The position numbers and the translations under genes were made by a program. From positions 8,880 to 72,879 of the forward strand of contig JABSQV010000130.1 in the NCBI GenBank assembly GCA_013215565.1: 64,000 nucleotides of DNA. The letters run 5' to 3'. Below the pieces are notes generated by a model. That model was given only the letters and a program-made list of their open reading frames with translations. It was not told where the DNA came from and searched no databases. This document shows positions 46,402-56,115 of the stretch, in pieces. Source of the stretch: Myxococcales bacterium (GTDB taxonomy: Bacteria; Myxococcota_A; UBA9160; SZUA-336). Numbering within the stretch: position 1 is the first letter of the stretch; every line of letters starts with the position of its first letter.

Positions 46402-46850
46402 TAGTCGCTGTCTCTCTCTGATGGTTGGGCGGATGGTAACAGATTGTGGGTACGAGGTGTACCCGGATCCCGCGACCTTTCCGGCATCGAAGACCAGAGC
46501 GGGAAGGGTGGGGCATAGCCGCGAGTTTCGATCCAGAGATGGATCATCCCGCCGCGTGCTGCCGCCGAGGGTGTGGGGCCTCCGTCGAGCAGTCGTCGGA
46601 GGCAGTGACTCACGATCGGATCGTTGCAGTGCTCGACGTAGAAGTCCCTGATCTCTTGTCGGATCCTGGGCCACCGTCGCGCCCACCGTCGCATGGTGTC
46701 GATGTCCCATCGGGTCAGACCGCCGTCGCCCTGCAGGGTGTCGATCAGCGCCTCGGCCAGCTTCTCCATCGGCTCCCATCGAGCGATCTCGGTGAGCGGG
46801 GCGATCTCCAGGGAGAGCATGATCAAGCTGGCTGGATCTCCCTTCACCAC
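46401..46850 (-). CDS. hypothetical protein; 3' end uncertain (reads through repeat)
   Basis: N-terminal two thirds protein-like (MVKGDPASLIMLSLEIAPLTEIARWEPMEKLAEALIDTLQGDGG); GC3 collapses before the repeat, true stop or frameshift probably near 46500. Confidence 0.3.
   Translation of the reverse strand: MVKGDPASLIMLSLEIAPLTEIARWEPMEKLAEALIDTLQGDGGLTRWDIDTMRRWARRWPRIRQEIRDFYVEHCNDPIVSHCLRRLLDGGPTPSAAARGGMIHLWIETRGYAPPFPLWSSMPERSRDPGTPRTHNLLPSAQPSERDSD
46402..46470 (-). repeat. start-associated repeat variant plus GGGTACGAGGTGTACCC palindrome
   Basis: CTCTCTCTGATGGTTGGG then palindrome ~46448-46464. Confidence 0.65.
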
Positions 46851-47071
46851 CCACCTCCATCATTGTCGATATCGATGTCGCACACCTCGTAGTCGGGATC
46901 CGTGCCGCCATCGTCACCCACGGCGTGCGAGCCGTCCTCGGCGCACCTCATGACAGAGAGCGTTCCGCCTCCGCTGAATAGCCACAGGGTATCGGGCCAG
47001 GTCTTGGCGAGGCGCCTCAGGGCGGCGATGGCCTTGGCTTCCTCGGGGGTCAGGTCGTCCTCGTCGATCAT
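46844..47071 (-). CDS. acidic hypothetical protein
   Basis: 75-aa ORF. Confidence 0.4.
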   Translation of the reverse strand: MIDEDDLTPEEAKAIAALRRLAKTWPDTLWLFSGGGTLSVMRCAEDGSHAVGDDGGTDPDYEVCDIDIDNDGGGW

Positions 47072-47162
47072 GCTGCCACCGACCGCATGAAGACCGGATC
47101 GGTCGCCCCGCCGAACTGGGAGCGGATGATGGCCTCAACCACCGGGGGCGGGACGCTGTTCA

Positions 47163-47426
47163 TTAGTTCGACCCCAGGTAGTCGATGAGGCGCTGCCGCG
47201 TTTCTGTGGGATCGTTCTGCCCTGCGGAGTCGGCCGGGATGTACACGTCCCACCAATCGAGCACCCACGCCTTCTTGTACATCGCATGGGTGATGAACAT
47301 CCGCCCGCCGCGTGCGGTGTAAACACACACCTCGGTGAACCTTCCGTCACTTGCTCGCGGACCGACGTGCTGGTCAACGACCCGCGCGCCAAACTCCCTG
47401 AGCGCCTCTGCCATCAGCTCCTTCAT
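47163..47426 (-). CDS. hypothetical protein
   Basis: 87-aa ORF, stop abutting VWA gene start. Confidence 0.45.
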   Translation of the reverse strand: MKELMAEALREFGARVVDQHVGPRASDGRFTEVCVYTARGGRMFITHAMYKKAWVLDWWDVYIPADSAGQNDPTETRQRLIDYLGSN

Positions 47427-47428
47427 CG

Positions 47429-48958
47429 CTACCTCCTCGGCACGACATTCGCCGCGCCTCGCTCTTTGTCATCGTGATTCTTGAGGTCGACGACCTCATC
47501 GCAGATCTCGCGCATCGCACCTGTGATCGAGCCCCTGGCGACCGTGAGCCCGAAGACCCGCATTCCGGTCTCCTCGCGGCGCCTGGCCAGCTCGGCCATC
47601 ACCGAGCTGCTCGCCGAGGCGTGCCCGTCGGTCACGAACACGATGTCGGAGCGGTCGTCGGCGGCCTGACCGTTCAGGGCGTACTTGAGGGGCGGGTTGA
47701 AATCGGTTCCGCCGCCAACGCGAGCGGTCACCAACTCCAGCGCGATGTCGGCGGGGCCACCGAGTGCGGTCTCGCCTCGGGTTCGACCCGTGTAGGTGTC
47801 GACATCGACGCGATAGGCGCGCCTCTTCTCGTCGAGGCGATGCACGCTGCAGACCCCACCGTTGAACCCGATGAAGGTCACGGCCCGCTTCTCCTTGATC
47901 GCGGTCTGCATGCAGGAGAGGGCGATGGCGCAAGCCAGCTGATGAGGTTGACCCGACATCGATCCCGAGCGGTCGAGCAGGACGGTCATCGGACCACGAC
48001 CCAGCACCTCGGTCCCGTCGAGCGCGTACTGGAGCAACGACCGCTCGACGACCTTCGCCAGAGTGAGGAGGCGCAGCTTGGGGTGCCGCAGTCCAACGAG
48101 CTGGGACGGGAGTACTCGGGACAGATCTGCGCCGCGCTCGATGCTGACGACCTCAGTGCGGGCGTCGGTCGTGCGGACCCGCTTCTTGGATGCTGCGATC
48201 CGCTGGATGCGTCCCGCCCTGCGGATCACGTCCCGGAGTCGCTTGTTCGACATCAGGTGCTCGGCGAGCTGCATGCGACCCGTGTCCTCCTTCTGGGAGT
48301 AGCCGGGAGGTGCAACTTCAAGACCGGGGGACAGACCGGAGAGTCCGGACTTGACCTCGACGATCTCCTCGTTCGCCTTCTCGGCGGCATCGCGCATCGC
48401 CGCCCGCATCATATCGACGGCTGTGGGCAGATCGCTCTCCTCACCGTTCTCGTCGAGGACGGGATCGTTGAGCTTGTCCCAGTCGCCATCGAAATCCTCG
48501 TTCTGGTCCTCGTCCTTCATGATGTCGGCGAGCTGCTCGCTGGCCGCCCTCATCATCGAAGCAGAGGCGATGGCCGCGAGATCGGGATCGCCGACAACGC
48601 GGGAGGCCAGCTCGGTGAACTCGGGGAGCTGCGAGAGCGCCTCATGCAGCGTCGGAACCCAGCGCGGGCACTTCGGCTCATCGAGCTTGGCGGGCTCGTT
48701 GTACAGTCGCGAGAAGACCTCGGTGCCGAGAGCGTCGGCCGTCGAGTGTGCGAACGACCGAACGCGGGCGACGGCGTTCTTGTTGTCCTCCTGCTCGACC
48801 AGGCCCTCCTCGATGACCTTGGAGGTCTGCAGGATCGCGTTGCCTACGGCCTTGCTGCGGTCACGTCGGATCTCAAACAGCAGGCGCTGCCACTCGCTGG
48901 TGTCGTAGGCGAGCTTGGCGTGGGTGCTGGTCTCGGCGGGCTTGCGTTTCGCGGACAT
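47429..48958 (-). CDS. von Willebrand factor A (VWA) domain protein
   Basis: ATG MSAKRKPAE abutting repeat; C-terminal VLLDRSGSMSG (DxSxS MIDAS) ... VFVTDGH. Confidence 0.6.
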   Translation of the reverse strand: MSAKRKPAETSTHAKLAYDTSEWQRLLFEIRRDRSKAVGNAILQTSKVIEEGLVEQEDNKNAVARVRSFAHSTADALGTEVFSRLYNEPAKLDEPKCPRWVPTLHEALSQLPEFTELASRVVGDPDLAAIASASMMRAASEQLADIMKDEDQNEDFDGDWDKLNDPVLDENGEESDLPTAVDMMRAAMRDAAEKANEEIVEVKSGLSGLSPGLEVAPPGYSQKEDTGRMQLAEHLMSNKRLRDVIRRAGRIQRIAASKKRVRTTDARTEVVSIERGADLSRVLPSQLVGLRHPKLRLLTLAKVVERSLLQYALDGTEVLGRGPMTVLLDRSGSMSGQPHQLACAIALSCMQTAIKEKRAVTFIGFNGGVCSVHRLDEKRRAYRVDVDTYTGRTRGETALGGPADIALELVTARVGGGTDFNPPLKYALNGQAADDRSDIVFVTDGHASASSSVMAELARRREETGMRVFGLTVARGSITGAMREICDEVVDLKNHDDKERGAANVVPRR

Positions 48959-49020
48959 CGGACTCTCTCTGTTGGTAGGTCCATGGTACACAATGACTGG
49001 GTACACCACAACCCCGACGC
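48959..49020 (-). repeat. start-associated repeat variant (GGTAGGTCCATGGTAC ... GGGTACACC)
   Basis: core abutting ATG of VWA gene. Confidence 0.7.
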
Positions 49021-49049
49021 AACGGATGATCGGCGTCGGGGCTCGACTT

Positions 49050-50195
49050 CTAGAAGCGGAGGCGGGACTTCAATTCGAGGGCGATCCGCTCGCGCATGGC
49101 GTCGATCTTCTGCGAGCACTCGAGGACACGGCTCGTCTGGTTGAGCAGCCCGATCTGGTCGCTGTATGCCTCAAGCATATCGGCCGCGCCGGTCGCGGCG
49201 AGCAGGAACGCCTGGCCCTTGGCGGCGAAGTCAACCTTTCGGTATTCGGCCGTCGCGAGATCGAGCGCCTTGCGCGCCTTGCTGATGTCGGGATCGATCA
49301 ACTTGGTGATCGCCGCGTCAACACTCGCGCGCTGGTCGGGCTCGTCCCAGAGGCAGTCGGAGAGGATGTCGAGATCTTCACGGGTGGCGACGGCGCGACC
49401 GTTGAGGAGCGCGTGACCCTTGATCAGTTTGATGGCCTTGCACCAGCGTCGATCGCTGACCACGATCTCATGGTCCATGGCGAGTTTCTCGCGCAGGTCG
49501 AGCACCGCGTCGATGACGGCATCGACGTTGACGGCTGCGGTCTGGGTGCGCAGGTCGTTGACTTGCTCGATGGTCAGCGAGGCCGTGATCTTCGGCTCAT
49601 CGGACGAGGACAGCAGACCGCGCAGCTTGTCGCGGTCGCTGATGTACCCGACCCACCGACGCAGGACGAACCGGTCGAACAGCGCGCCGAGGCTCTCGTC
49701 CTCGGGGAGCTCGTTCGACGCACCGACCATCATCTCCAACGGGATCGAGATCCGCTGGCCGCCGTTGTCGAACTGGCGCTCGTTGATGGCGGTCAACAGA
49801 CCGTTGAGGATCGCGCTGTTGGCTTTGAAGATCTCGTCGGCGAAGGCGACGGTCGCCTCGGGCAGATACCCAGCGGTGACGCGGCGGTACTGATCCTGCT
49901 CAAGTCCCTGCAGGCTGATCGGTCCGAAGACCTCCTCGGGGACGGTGAACTTGGTGAACAGCAACGACCAGGGCGTCCCGCCGAGGGCGGCCGTCAGGGC
50001 GTTGGTCAGCGCGGACTTCGCCGTGCCGGGAGGGCCGAGGAGCAGGACGTGCTCGCCCGCGAGCAAGGCGACCAGCAGGCAGGTCACCTCGCGGCTGCGC
50101 TCGATGAAGGCGCGGTCGAGGTCGACGCGCAGGTCTTGGAGCGCGGCGAGGGTGGTGGGGGCGGTCTGGGCGGTCAGGGCGGCTGGGGCGGTCAT
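49050..50195 (-). CDS. MoxR-family AAA+ ATPase
   Basis: HVLLLGPPGTAKS Walker A, ATVAFADEIFKANSAILNGLLTAINERQF Walker B/sensor typical of MoxR; ATG abutting variant B repeat. Confidence 0.7.
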   Translation of the reverse strand: MTAPAALTAQTAPTTLAALQDLRVDLDRAFIERSREVTCLLVALLAGEHVLLLGPPGTAKSALTNALTAALGGTPWSLLFTKFTVPEEVFGPISLQGLEQDQYRRVTAGYLPEATVAFADEIFKANSAILNGLLTAINERQFDNGGQRISIPLEMMVGASNELPEDESLGALFDRFVLRRWVGYISDRDKLRGLLSSSDEPKITASLTIEQVNDLRTQTAAVNVDAVIDAVLDLREKLAMDHEIVVSDRRWCKAIKLIKGHALLNGRAVATREDLDILSDCLWDEPDQRASVDAAITKLIDPDISKARKALDLATAEYRKVDFAAKGQAFLLAATGAADMLEAYSDQIGLLNQTSRVLECSQKIDAMRERIALELKSRLRF

Positions 50196-50280
50196 TTCGA
50201 TGTCCTCTCTGTTGGTGTGACTCCAAGGTAGAGGAGTCAAGCTCGAATGGATACCCATTAATCGGGTACTCCACCAAGAA
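50196..50280 (-). repeat. start-associated repeat, type B
   Basis: CTCTCTGTTGGTGTGACTCCAAGGTAG ... GGATACCC ... GGGTACTCC. Confidence 0.65.
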
Positions 50281-50360
50281 AGTTGGGCGGGTGGCTCACC
50301 TCGCCATCGCCCCCGGAGTGCTCTCCGGCGACGCGGCGATCTCGGTCTCGGGTCTCTGTA

Positions 50361-51575
50361 CTACGCGGCGGCTTCGGGCGCGGCCTCGACCGGGGCGGGG
50401 GCGGGCGCGTCCAGCTTGGTGAAGACGACGGTGGTCCCGCCCTTCTTTTTGGACAGGCGACCGCGCAGGTTCACCTCGGTCAGGGTCGCGCCGGCGTGGC
50501 GGGTCCAGAACGTGCGGTACTTGCCAGCCCACTCGGGAAACCCGGAGTCGGCGAGCTGCTCGACGGTCAGCTCCATGCCGTGCTTGTCGATGGCGGCTTT
50601 GATCTGGGTCTTCAGCTTCTCGCTTACACCCCGCGCCTTGCGCTTGCCATCGCCCTCGTCCTTCGCGAGTCCGAGGAGCGCGTTCGCCTGCTCGACGGCA
50701 TCGTCGATCTCGGTCTCCAGCTCGCCGAGTCCCAGGTGCAGGCTCTCGGAGTACAACTCGGCATAGGACTTGAGGGTGCGCAGCTCACCGAGCGCCTTCG
50801 CCAGGGAGTCGGCGCGCGGGCGTTGCTCTTTGGACTTCTTGGTCCAGTCGGCGAGGCGCTCGCGGATCCCGGCGAGGCTCTCGCTCGGGACCTTCTTGCC
50901 GTCGGCGACGTTGCCCATCAGGAAGTTCTTGGCCGCGCCGCCGATGCTGGTGCGGCTGGCCTCGGTGTCGGAAACGTGGGTGATGTGCAACGCGCTGTCC
51001 CCGATCTTGCTGACGATGCGGGCGAGCTTCTCGACATCGTCCTGGTGCTGCTTCGGGACGTAGTAGATCCCGCCCGAGTGCTGACGGACCGAGAATGCGC
51101 CGAACGCCTTGAGGGGCGCCTGGATGAGCACGGGGCGGATGAAGTCGTGGTCGAGGTACGTCCGGTCGCTGTCGGCCTGGGCGATGAAGCGGGTCGCCTC
51201 TTCGGTCTTGCCGACGGTCGTCCACTTGTCCATGGCCTTGTCGAACACGACGGTATCGACCTGCTCCCACCTGACCTCTTTGTCGTTGACGCGCTTGTGG
51301 GTCAGGATGCCGACCATCAGCGAGTCGGCGTCCTCGAACACGACCTCGGTGCGGTAGCGCGCCGCGTTGCCGCGTCCCTGCTTCCAGCTTCGGGCCGTGT
51401 CGCGGATCTCGGACACGCTGTTGAGATCGGGGACCACGCTCGGGTTCTCGCCTTCGGACTTCAGGATCTTTCGCAGTGCGGCGGGGGTCGTCTTGGTGTT
51501 GAAAAGATCCCACCAGACGAGGGCGCCGAGGCCGAGGGCCAGGTTGTCCATCATCTGCGTTTTGTCGGTCGTCAT
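50361..51575 (-). CDS. hypothetical protein (404 aa), first gene of leftward early operon
   Basis: ATG MTTDKTQMM abutting repeat; C-terminal Lys/Gly-rich tail. Confidence 0.5.
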   Translation of the reverse strand: MTTDKTQMMDNLALGLGALVWWDLFNTKTTPAALRKILKSEGENPSVVPDLNSVSEIRDTARSWKQGRGNAARYRTEVVFEDADSLMVGILTHKRVNDKEVRWEQVDTVVFDKAMDKWTTVGKTEEATRFIAQADSDRTYLDHDFIRPVLIQAPLKAFGAFSVRQHSGGIYYVPKQHQDDVEKLARIVSKIGDSALHITHVSDTEASRTSIGGAAKNFLMGNVADGKKVPSESLAGIRERLADWTKKSKEQRPRADSLAKALGELRTLKSYAELYSESLHLGLGELETEIDDAVEQANALLGLAKDEGDGKRKARGVSEKLKTQIKAAIDKHGMELTVEQLADSGFPEWAGKYRTFWTRHAGATLTEVNLRGRLSKKKGGTTVVFTKLDAPAPAPVEAAPEAAA

Positions 51576-51600
51576 CGTGTGCCTCTCTGTTGTTGTTTGG
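51576..51600 (-). repeat. start-associated repeat, truncated variant
   Basis: CCTCTCTGTTGTTGTTTGG abutting ATG 51575. Confidence 0.5.
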
Positions 51601-51825
51601 CATGAGGAAGGTCGCATCTGCTGCGTACACTTGCAACCAGGATCGGGAGGTTATTTCTAGGTTTCGTGGAAACCCCGTTGGACTGATGGCTTCTCACGAT
51701 CAGGACGCGAGGGTCGGTCGTATCCTCCTGCCGGAGGGCGAGTTTCGATGCCGCGCCTCTGAGGTTTCGGGTTGTGCTCGTACCCACTCCATGTGTACCT
51801 TGGCGTCACCAACAGAGAGGTCACC
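51576..51825. promoter_or_regulatory. divergent early control region with GGTTTCGTGGAAACC palindrome
   Basis: 250-bp spacer between leftward (51575) and rightward (51826) starts; perfect 6-3-6 palindrome at ~51661-51675; plus-orientation copy of start repeat at 51790-51825. Confidence 0.45.
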
Positions 51826-51967
51826 ATGGCAACGTCAGCCCACTACACGCTCGCCAGCATCCCGATGGACAAGCAGGTCAAGCAGCTCCTCCCCGCCTGC
51901 CCCGCCGCTCGACGGGATCGCGAGAGCGCGGATCTACTTGCGCGCCAAGGCGGCGGCGGAGGGCTGA
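51826..51967 (+). CDS. small hypothetical protein, apparent +1 frameshift in C-run
   Basis: MATSAHYTLASIPMDKQVKQLLPACPAA then high-GC3 continues in another frame to TGA at 51967. Confidence 0.3.
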
Positions 51968-52003
51968 CCGAGAAAACCAAGATTGGTGGTTGTGGTTCAC
52001 TTC

Positions 52004-52042
52004 TCCATTCTGTACCTTGGACCTACCAACAGAGAGGACAGC
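52004..52042 (+). repeat. start-associated repeat in plus orientation
   Basis: GTACCTTGGACCTACCAACAGAGAGGACAGC before ATG 52043. Confidence 0.7.
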
Positions 52043-52231
52043 ATGTACACGCTCCGCAACCCCGCAGCCATCTCCACCGGCCACACCCACTACGTGACCT
52101 ACGAGCCCCAGACCGACGGCACCGTCGTTGTCACTCGGGACGATTGTGTCATGAACACGATCGAGACCATGAGCCTCGATTCGGCACGAGCCGACTACCA
52201 TAGGCGCATCGCTCTCGGCTATAGAGCCTGA
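52043..52231 (+). CDS. small hypothetical protein
   Basis: ATG abutting plus-orientation repeat GGACCTACCAACAGAGAGGACAGC. Confidence 0.5.
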   Translation: MYTLRNPAAISTGHTHYVTYEPQTDGTVVVTRDDCVMNTIETMSLDSARADYHRRIALGYRA

Positions 52232-53572
52232 CGAGGCGAACGCCAACCGAGCGAAGCAGGGCATGCCGGCCTTGTCGAACCTCGGGCCCGGCCGTCTGAC
52301 CATCCGGCCCGCCCCGCGTGCCGTGGGGTCGGGTGCGCCTCCGACGAACCCCGCGGCTCGGACCTCGAGGAGGGCAACTGCATCGAGCTGGTCATGGAGC
52401 TCCATCGCCTCCCTCGACCGTCGCCAGTGTCGGGGGTGTGCTCGCGGTGTCGCCAACTCGGCGAGAACGTGGACCCCCAGGTGGCTCGTCCGCACCACAG
52501 CGACCCGACCCGACCACGCCGGCCGCTGGGCCGCCCACAGCTCGACGGCGCGCCCAGCGTCCGCCAGGGCGCGATTGTCGAAGGGCGCGTCGGTGAACCC
52601 GTCGAGGTCGACCGCGAGCCAGCGAGTCTCCACGGGCTCCCATCGAGCGGGCACCCAGCGCCCGTGAACCTCTCGCCAGCTCGACGGGGCCATCCCATCG
52701 AGCCCGACGAACAGATCGGGGAGATGTGCGAGCGGGATCCCGGAGCGGTCGGCCTGACGGCTGCTATCGATCAGCGTTCCCCACGCCCGGTCGGTGCCGA
52801 GACCCCGTTCGGCTGTTCGGAGGACCGTGAGCAGGCCGGTCGACCGTGAGGGAGAGTAGCGGACTCCTCTCGGTCCTCTTCGCCCGAGGAGCACGGAGAC
52901 ACGGCGAGCGGTGCGCTCCTGGATGTGTACTGTATCAATGCCCCGATCCAGATCTGGGCGAGGGGCTCGTCCGCGAGAGCGTCTGAGCTGTACCCGACCC
53001 CGATATCGCCGCCAGTACCCCGACGCCTCGCAACCGAAGCAGACGGCCGATCCCGTCTGCCCTCCCGCGTTGGGGTAGAGCGCCATCGACGGGTTCCGAT
53101 CATCGTGCCAGGGGCAGCATGTGATCGACTTGGGTCCACGCTCGATGGGCACGACCTCGATCCAGTCGTCGGTGTCGTCGTCGGTGTCGTCGTCGGTGTC
53201 CGACCACGATGAGCATGCCTCGATCGCGTTGGGGTCGACCAGGAGATGCTGACCCCAGGTCCGACCCGCTCGGTCGCGCAACTCGACTCCCATCTCCCTG
53301 GCCTCGTTGATGTGGACCGACGCCCACCCGAGGACATCGCGGACCAGATTCCAGGCGGTCCGCGCCGTCGCATAGGCGACCCCGCTCTCATGCCTGAGGT
53401 AGCTGATCGACAACTCGGTGTACCAAGACCCGGCGACGAGCTGCCGACGGTGGATCGCGATCCGCCTCAGCAGGCACCGCACCGCGTGCCCGCATCGCTC
53501 ACCGACCTCGGCGAGCAAGGTGTCGAGCTGCTGGCACAGATGTGCAACGGTGGGCGAGGGCGTGGGCGTCAA
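52230..53572 (-). CDS. primase-polymerase (PrimPol-like) protein with CHC2-type zinc finger; 3' end uncertain
   Basis: CCPWHDDRNPSMALYPNAGGQTGSAVCFGCEASGYW zinc-binding motif; RWLAVDLDG and SHLGVHV motifs of archaeo-eukaryotic primase fold; antisense orientation inside rightward module; central R-rich stretch suggests indel. Confidence 0.45.
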
Positions 53573-53845
53573 GGGCGACTCTGGATCTGCTCCGTTGTAT
53601 CAGGAGTGCCGCGCCGATCGCGAGAGGGTTTACGGACTGATCGGGTTCGCGATATACCGAGGGTGTCTGAAAGCCTGTCCTGGGCGGGACAAACTGAACG
53701 ACATCTCTTGCGCCTCTTCTGACTGCCTGGGCGGCTCGTTGGGAGGGGCGCTCTGGGTTGTGCGAACAGTTTTTGTCCGAGCTGGCATTCGGTCCGAGCC
53801 GTTCACCGATACTCTGTGATCAGAAATATAGACAGAGTGTGATCG

Positions 53846-55294
53846 ATGACATCGTTGGTTAGGAGGCACCACCGCTATGACGGTGACGTGCCTGGCGTGC
53901 CCATGCTCGCCATGATGATCTCAAATTCGGAGAGAGGCCGCGCCGCGTGCCCACTCCGCTGGTGGTTCGGCTACGGCGAGGGGCTCGTCACCTCGCTCGA
54001 TGAGCCGCCCCTCAGGTACGGGGGAGCGTGGCATCAGCTCCTCGAGGATATGCACCGCTGGTGGATGATCCGCGATGAGCCCTACCCCTCGAACGGTCAT
54101 CGGGTGTGCTGCTGGTGCGTTGGGAACGGGCAGACTGTTTCGGTGACGTGCCATGAGTGCAAGGGCTGGGCGACCGGCCCCGCCGACCGGGCACTGCAAG
54201 CCTGGATCAAGTTGGAGGGTGACGAGAAGATCGAACCCGGCCAGGCCGCGCTCGATCACCAGCGCCTCTGCCGCGCGTGGGAGGGCTACACGCACACCTA
54301 CGGCTTCGGGCCGCTGCAGAAGTTGAAGCCGATCGGGGTGGAGCTCCGATTCGGCGTGCCGATCCTGAACCCGTCGACCTCGACCGTCTACCGGCCGAGC
54401 CTGTGGATGATCCGCGAGGGTCAGACGATGCGGGTCGCCCGTACATCCGAGGCGAACGGTCCCAACGCGGTTCAGGTCCGATGGCCCTGGTACTACGCCG
54501 TGACCCTCGACCTGCTGTTGGTCGATCGCGAGGATCCCAGAGAGCTGTGGCTCTGGGAGGGCAAGACGGCGAAGTCGCCGACGCGGAGGATGCACAACCT
54601 CTCGCTGGATCCCCAGGTGCAGGGCTACTCCTGGGCGATCAATCACGCGGTCAAGGCGGGGCTGATCGAGGGCGTGCCGAGAGATGCACGACTGGCTGGG
54701 TACGTGTTCGATGTCGTGTCCAACAGCATGCAGCACGATCCGAAGCAGCTCGCTCCCAAGAAGGTCAAGGTGCCGCACCCCGAGACCGGGGAGCCCTACA
54801 AGGAGAAGGGTCGGTGGGTCTACGAGATCGGCGGCGACGGTCAGCCCATCGAGCGGTCGCCGGGGTTGTCGATGTCGAAGCAGTCGGCACCGCCGTCGTG
54901 GCGGTTCGCCAACGAGTTGGACCGACTGGGGCTCGACCGCGGCCCCTATGAGGATCACATGCTCGACCTGATGGAGAGGGTCGACACGAAACTCTACCAA
55001 CGCAACTGGAGCACCTGTGGACCCGAGGTGGTCGACCGATTCGGGCATGAGGTCTACGGGGTCGCCCGCCGCCTCGCCGAGATGCGACGGTCGGCGGCGA
55101 CGGCGACGACGCCCTACGAGATCGCCCAGCGATTCCCGCGCGTGCCCATCTGCACCCAGCCGGGTGGCGGGTGCTCGTTCACCGGACCGTGCCTGCAAGA
55201 TGGCGATCTGGTCCGCAACAACTTCAAGGTCCGTGATCCGACGCGATGGGTGCCCGCATCCAGCATCGGTCAGGACGACCTGATCCCGACCTAA
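53846..55294 (+). CDS. Cas4/RecB-family PD-(D/E)XK exonuclease with Fe-S Cys cluster
   Basis: WYYAVTLDLLLVDREDPRELWLWEGKTAKS (D..D/ExK) and C-terminal CTQPGGGCSFTGPC plus N-terminal CPLRWWF. Confidence 0.55.
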   Translation: MTSLVRRHHRYDGDVPGVPMLAMMISNSERGRAACPLRWWFGYGEGLVTSLDEPPLRYGGAWHQLLEDMHRWWMIRDEPYPSNGHRVCCWCVGNGQTVSVTCHECKGWATGPADRALQAWIKLEGDEKIEPGQAALDHQRLCRAWEGYTHTYGFGPLQKLKPIGVELRFGVPILNPSTSTVYRPSLWMIREGQTMRVARTSEANGPNAVQVRWPWYYAVTLDLLLVDREDPRELWLWEGKTAKSPTRRMHNLSLDPQVQGYSWAINHAVKAGLIEGVPRDARLAGYVFDVVSNSMQHDPKQLAPKKVKVPHPETGEPYKEKGRWVYEIGGDGQPIERSPGLSMSKQSAPPSWRFANELDRLGLDRGPYEDHMLDLMERVDTKLYQRNWSTCGPEVVDRFGHEVYGVARRLAEMRRSAATATTPYEIAQRFPRVPICTQPGGGCSFTGPCLQDGDLVRNNFKVRDPTRWVPASSIGQDDLIPT

Positions 55295-55311
55295 CAAAGG
55301 AGAAGAGAACC

Positions 55312-56115
55312 ATGATCCTCAATTTCGAACGAGCGGGGGACATTGACACGTCCAACCTGCATTACAAGATCCTGCTGTACGGTAAGTCCGGCGCGGGGAA
55401 GACCTACGCGGCGGCCACGGCTCCGAACTGTTGCTTCCTCCTCACCGAGCGAAACGGTCAGCAGTCGATCCGCATCAGCAACCCCGACGCGGTGATCGCC
55501 TACTGCCCGACGGCCGAGAAGGTCCGCGCGTTCATGCGGATGGCCGTCAAGGGCGAGCTGCCCGACGGGATCCGCACCATCGTGCTCGATGGGCTGACCG
55601 AGCTGCAGAAGATCTTCCAAGACGAGATCCTCGCCGGCAAGGACGCTCAGAACCGGCACATGACCAAGCAGGATTGGGGCACCCTCACCGAGAAGATGCG
55701 CCTGTTCATGCGGACCCTCCGCGACCTGGAGTACCACGTCGTGGCCACCGCGCTCTCGGACGAGTCCCAGGCCGACGGCGACGGCGCGATCCGCTACGTC
55801 CAGCCCTCGTTCTCCGGTCGCAAGCTGCCGCAGGAGATCGCCCAATTCTTCAACGGGTGCGGGTACGTCTTCAAGAAGGCGAAGGCGGACGAGAACGGCA
55901 AGGAAGAGATCTTCCACCGGATCATGTTCGACGGCCCGTCCCGCTTCACGGTGAAGCCGTGCTATCCCCTGGGCGGCATTCAGGAGCCCGATCTGTCGAC
56001 GTGGTTCGACCAGCTCGCGTCCGCTGGGGCGCCCGACAAGGCCGGCAAGGCCGACAAGACCAAAACCAAGACCAAGGCCGGCAAGGCCGAAGATTCCAAA
56101 GGAGTTGCAGCATGA
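55312..56115 (+). CDS. Sak4-like RecA-fold ATPase (AAA_24)
   Basis: ILLYGKSGAGKT Walker A; IVLDGLTEL Walker B; typical phage annealase partner. Confidence 0.65.
   Translation: MILNFERAGDIDTSNLHYKILLYGKSGAGKTYAAATAPNCCFLLTERNGQQSIRISNPDAVIAYCPTAEKVRAFMRMAVKGELPDGIRTIVLDGLTELQKIFQDEILAGKDAQNRHMTKQDWGTLTEKMRLFMRTLRDLEYHVVATALSDESQADGDGAIRYVQPSFSGRKLPQEIAQFFNGCGYVFKKAKADENGKEEIFHRIMFDGPSRFTVKPCYPLGGIQEPDLSTWFDQLASAGAPDKAGKADKTKTKTKAGKAEDSKGVAA

Noticed and set aside
47474-49144. 556-aa plus-strand ORF
   Set aside because: Antisense to the VWA gene; low-complexity
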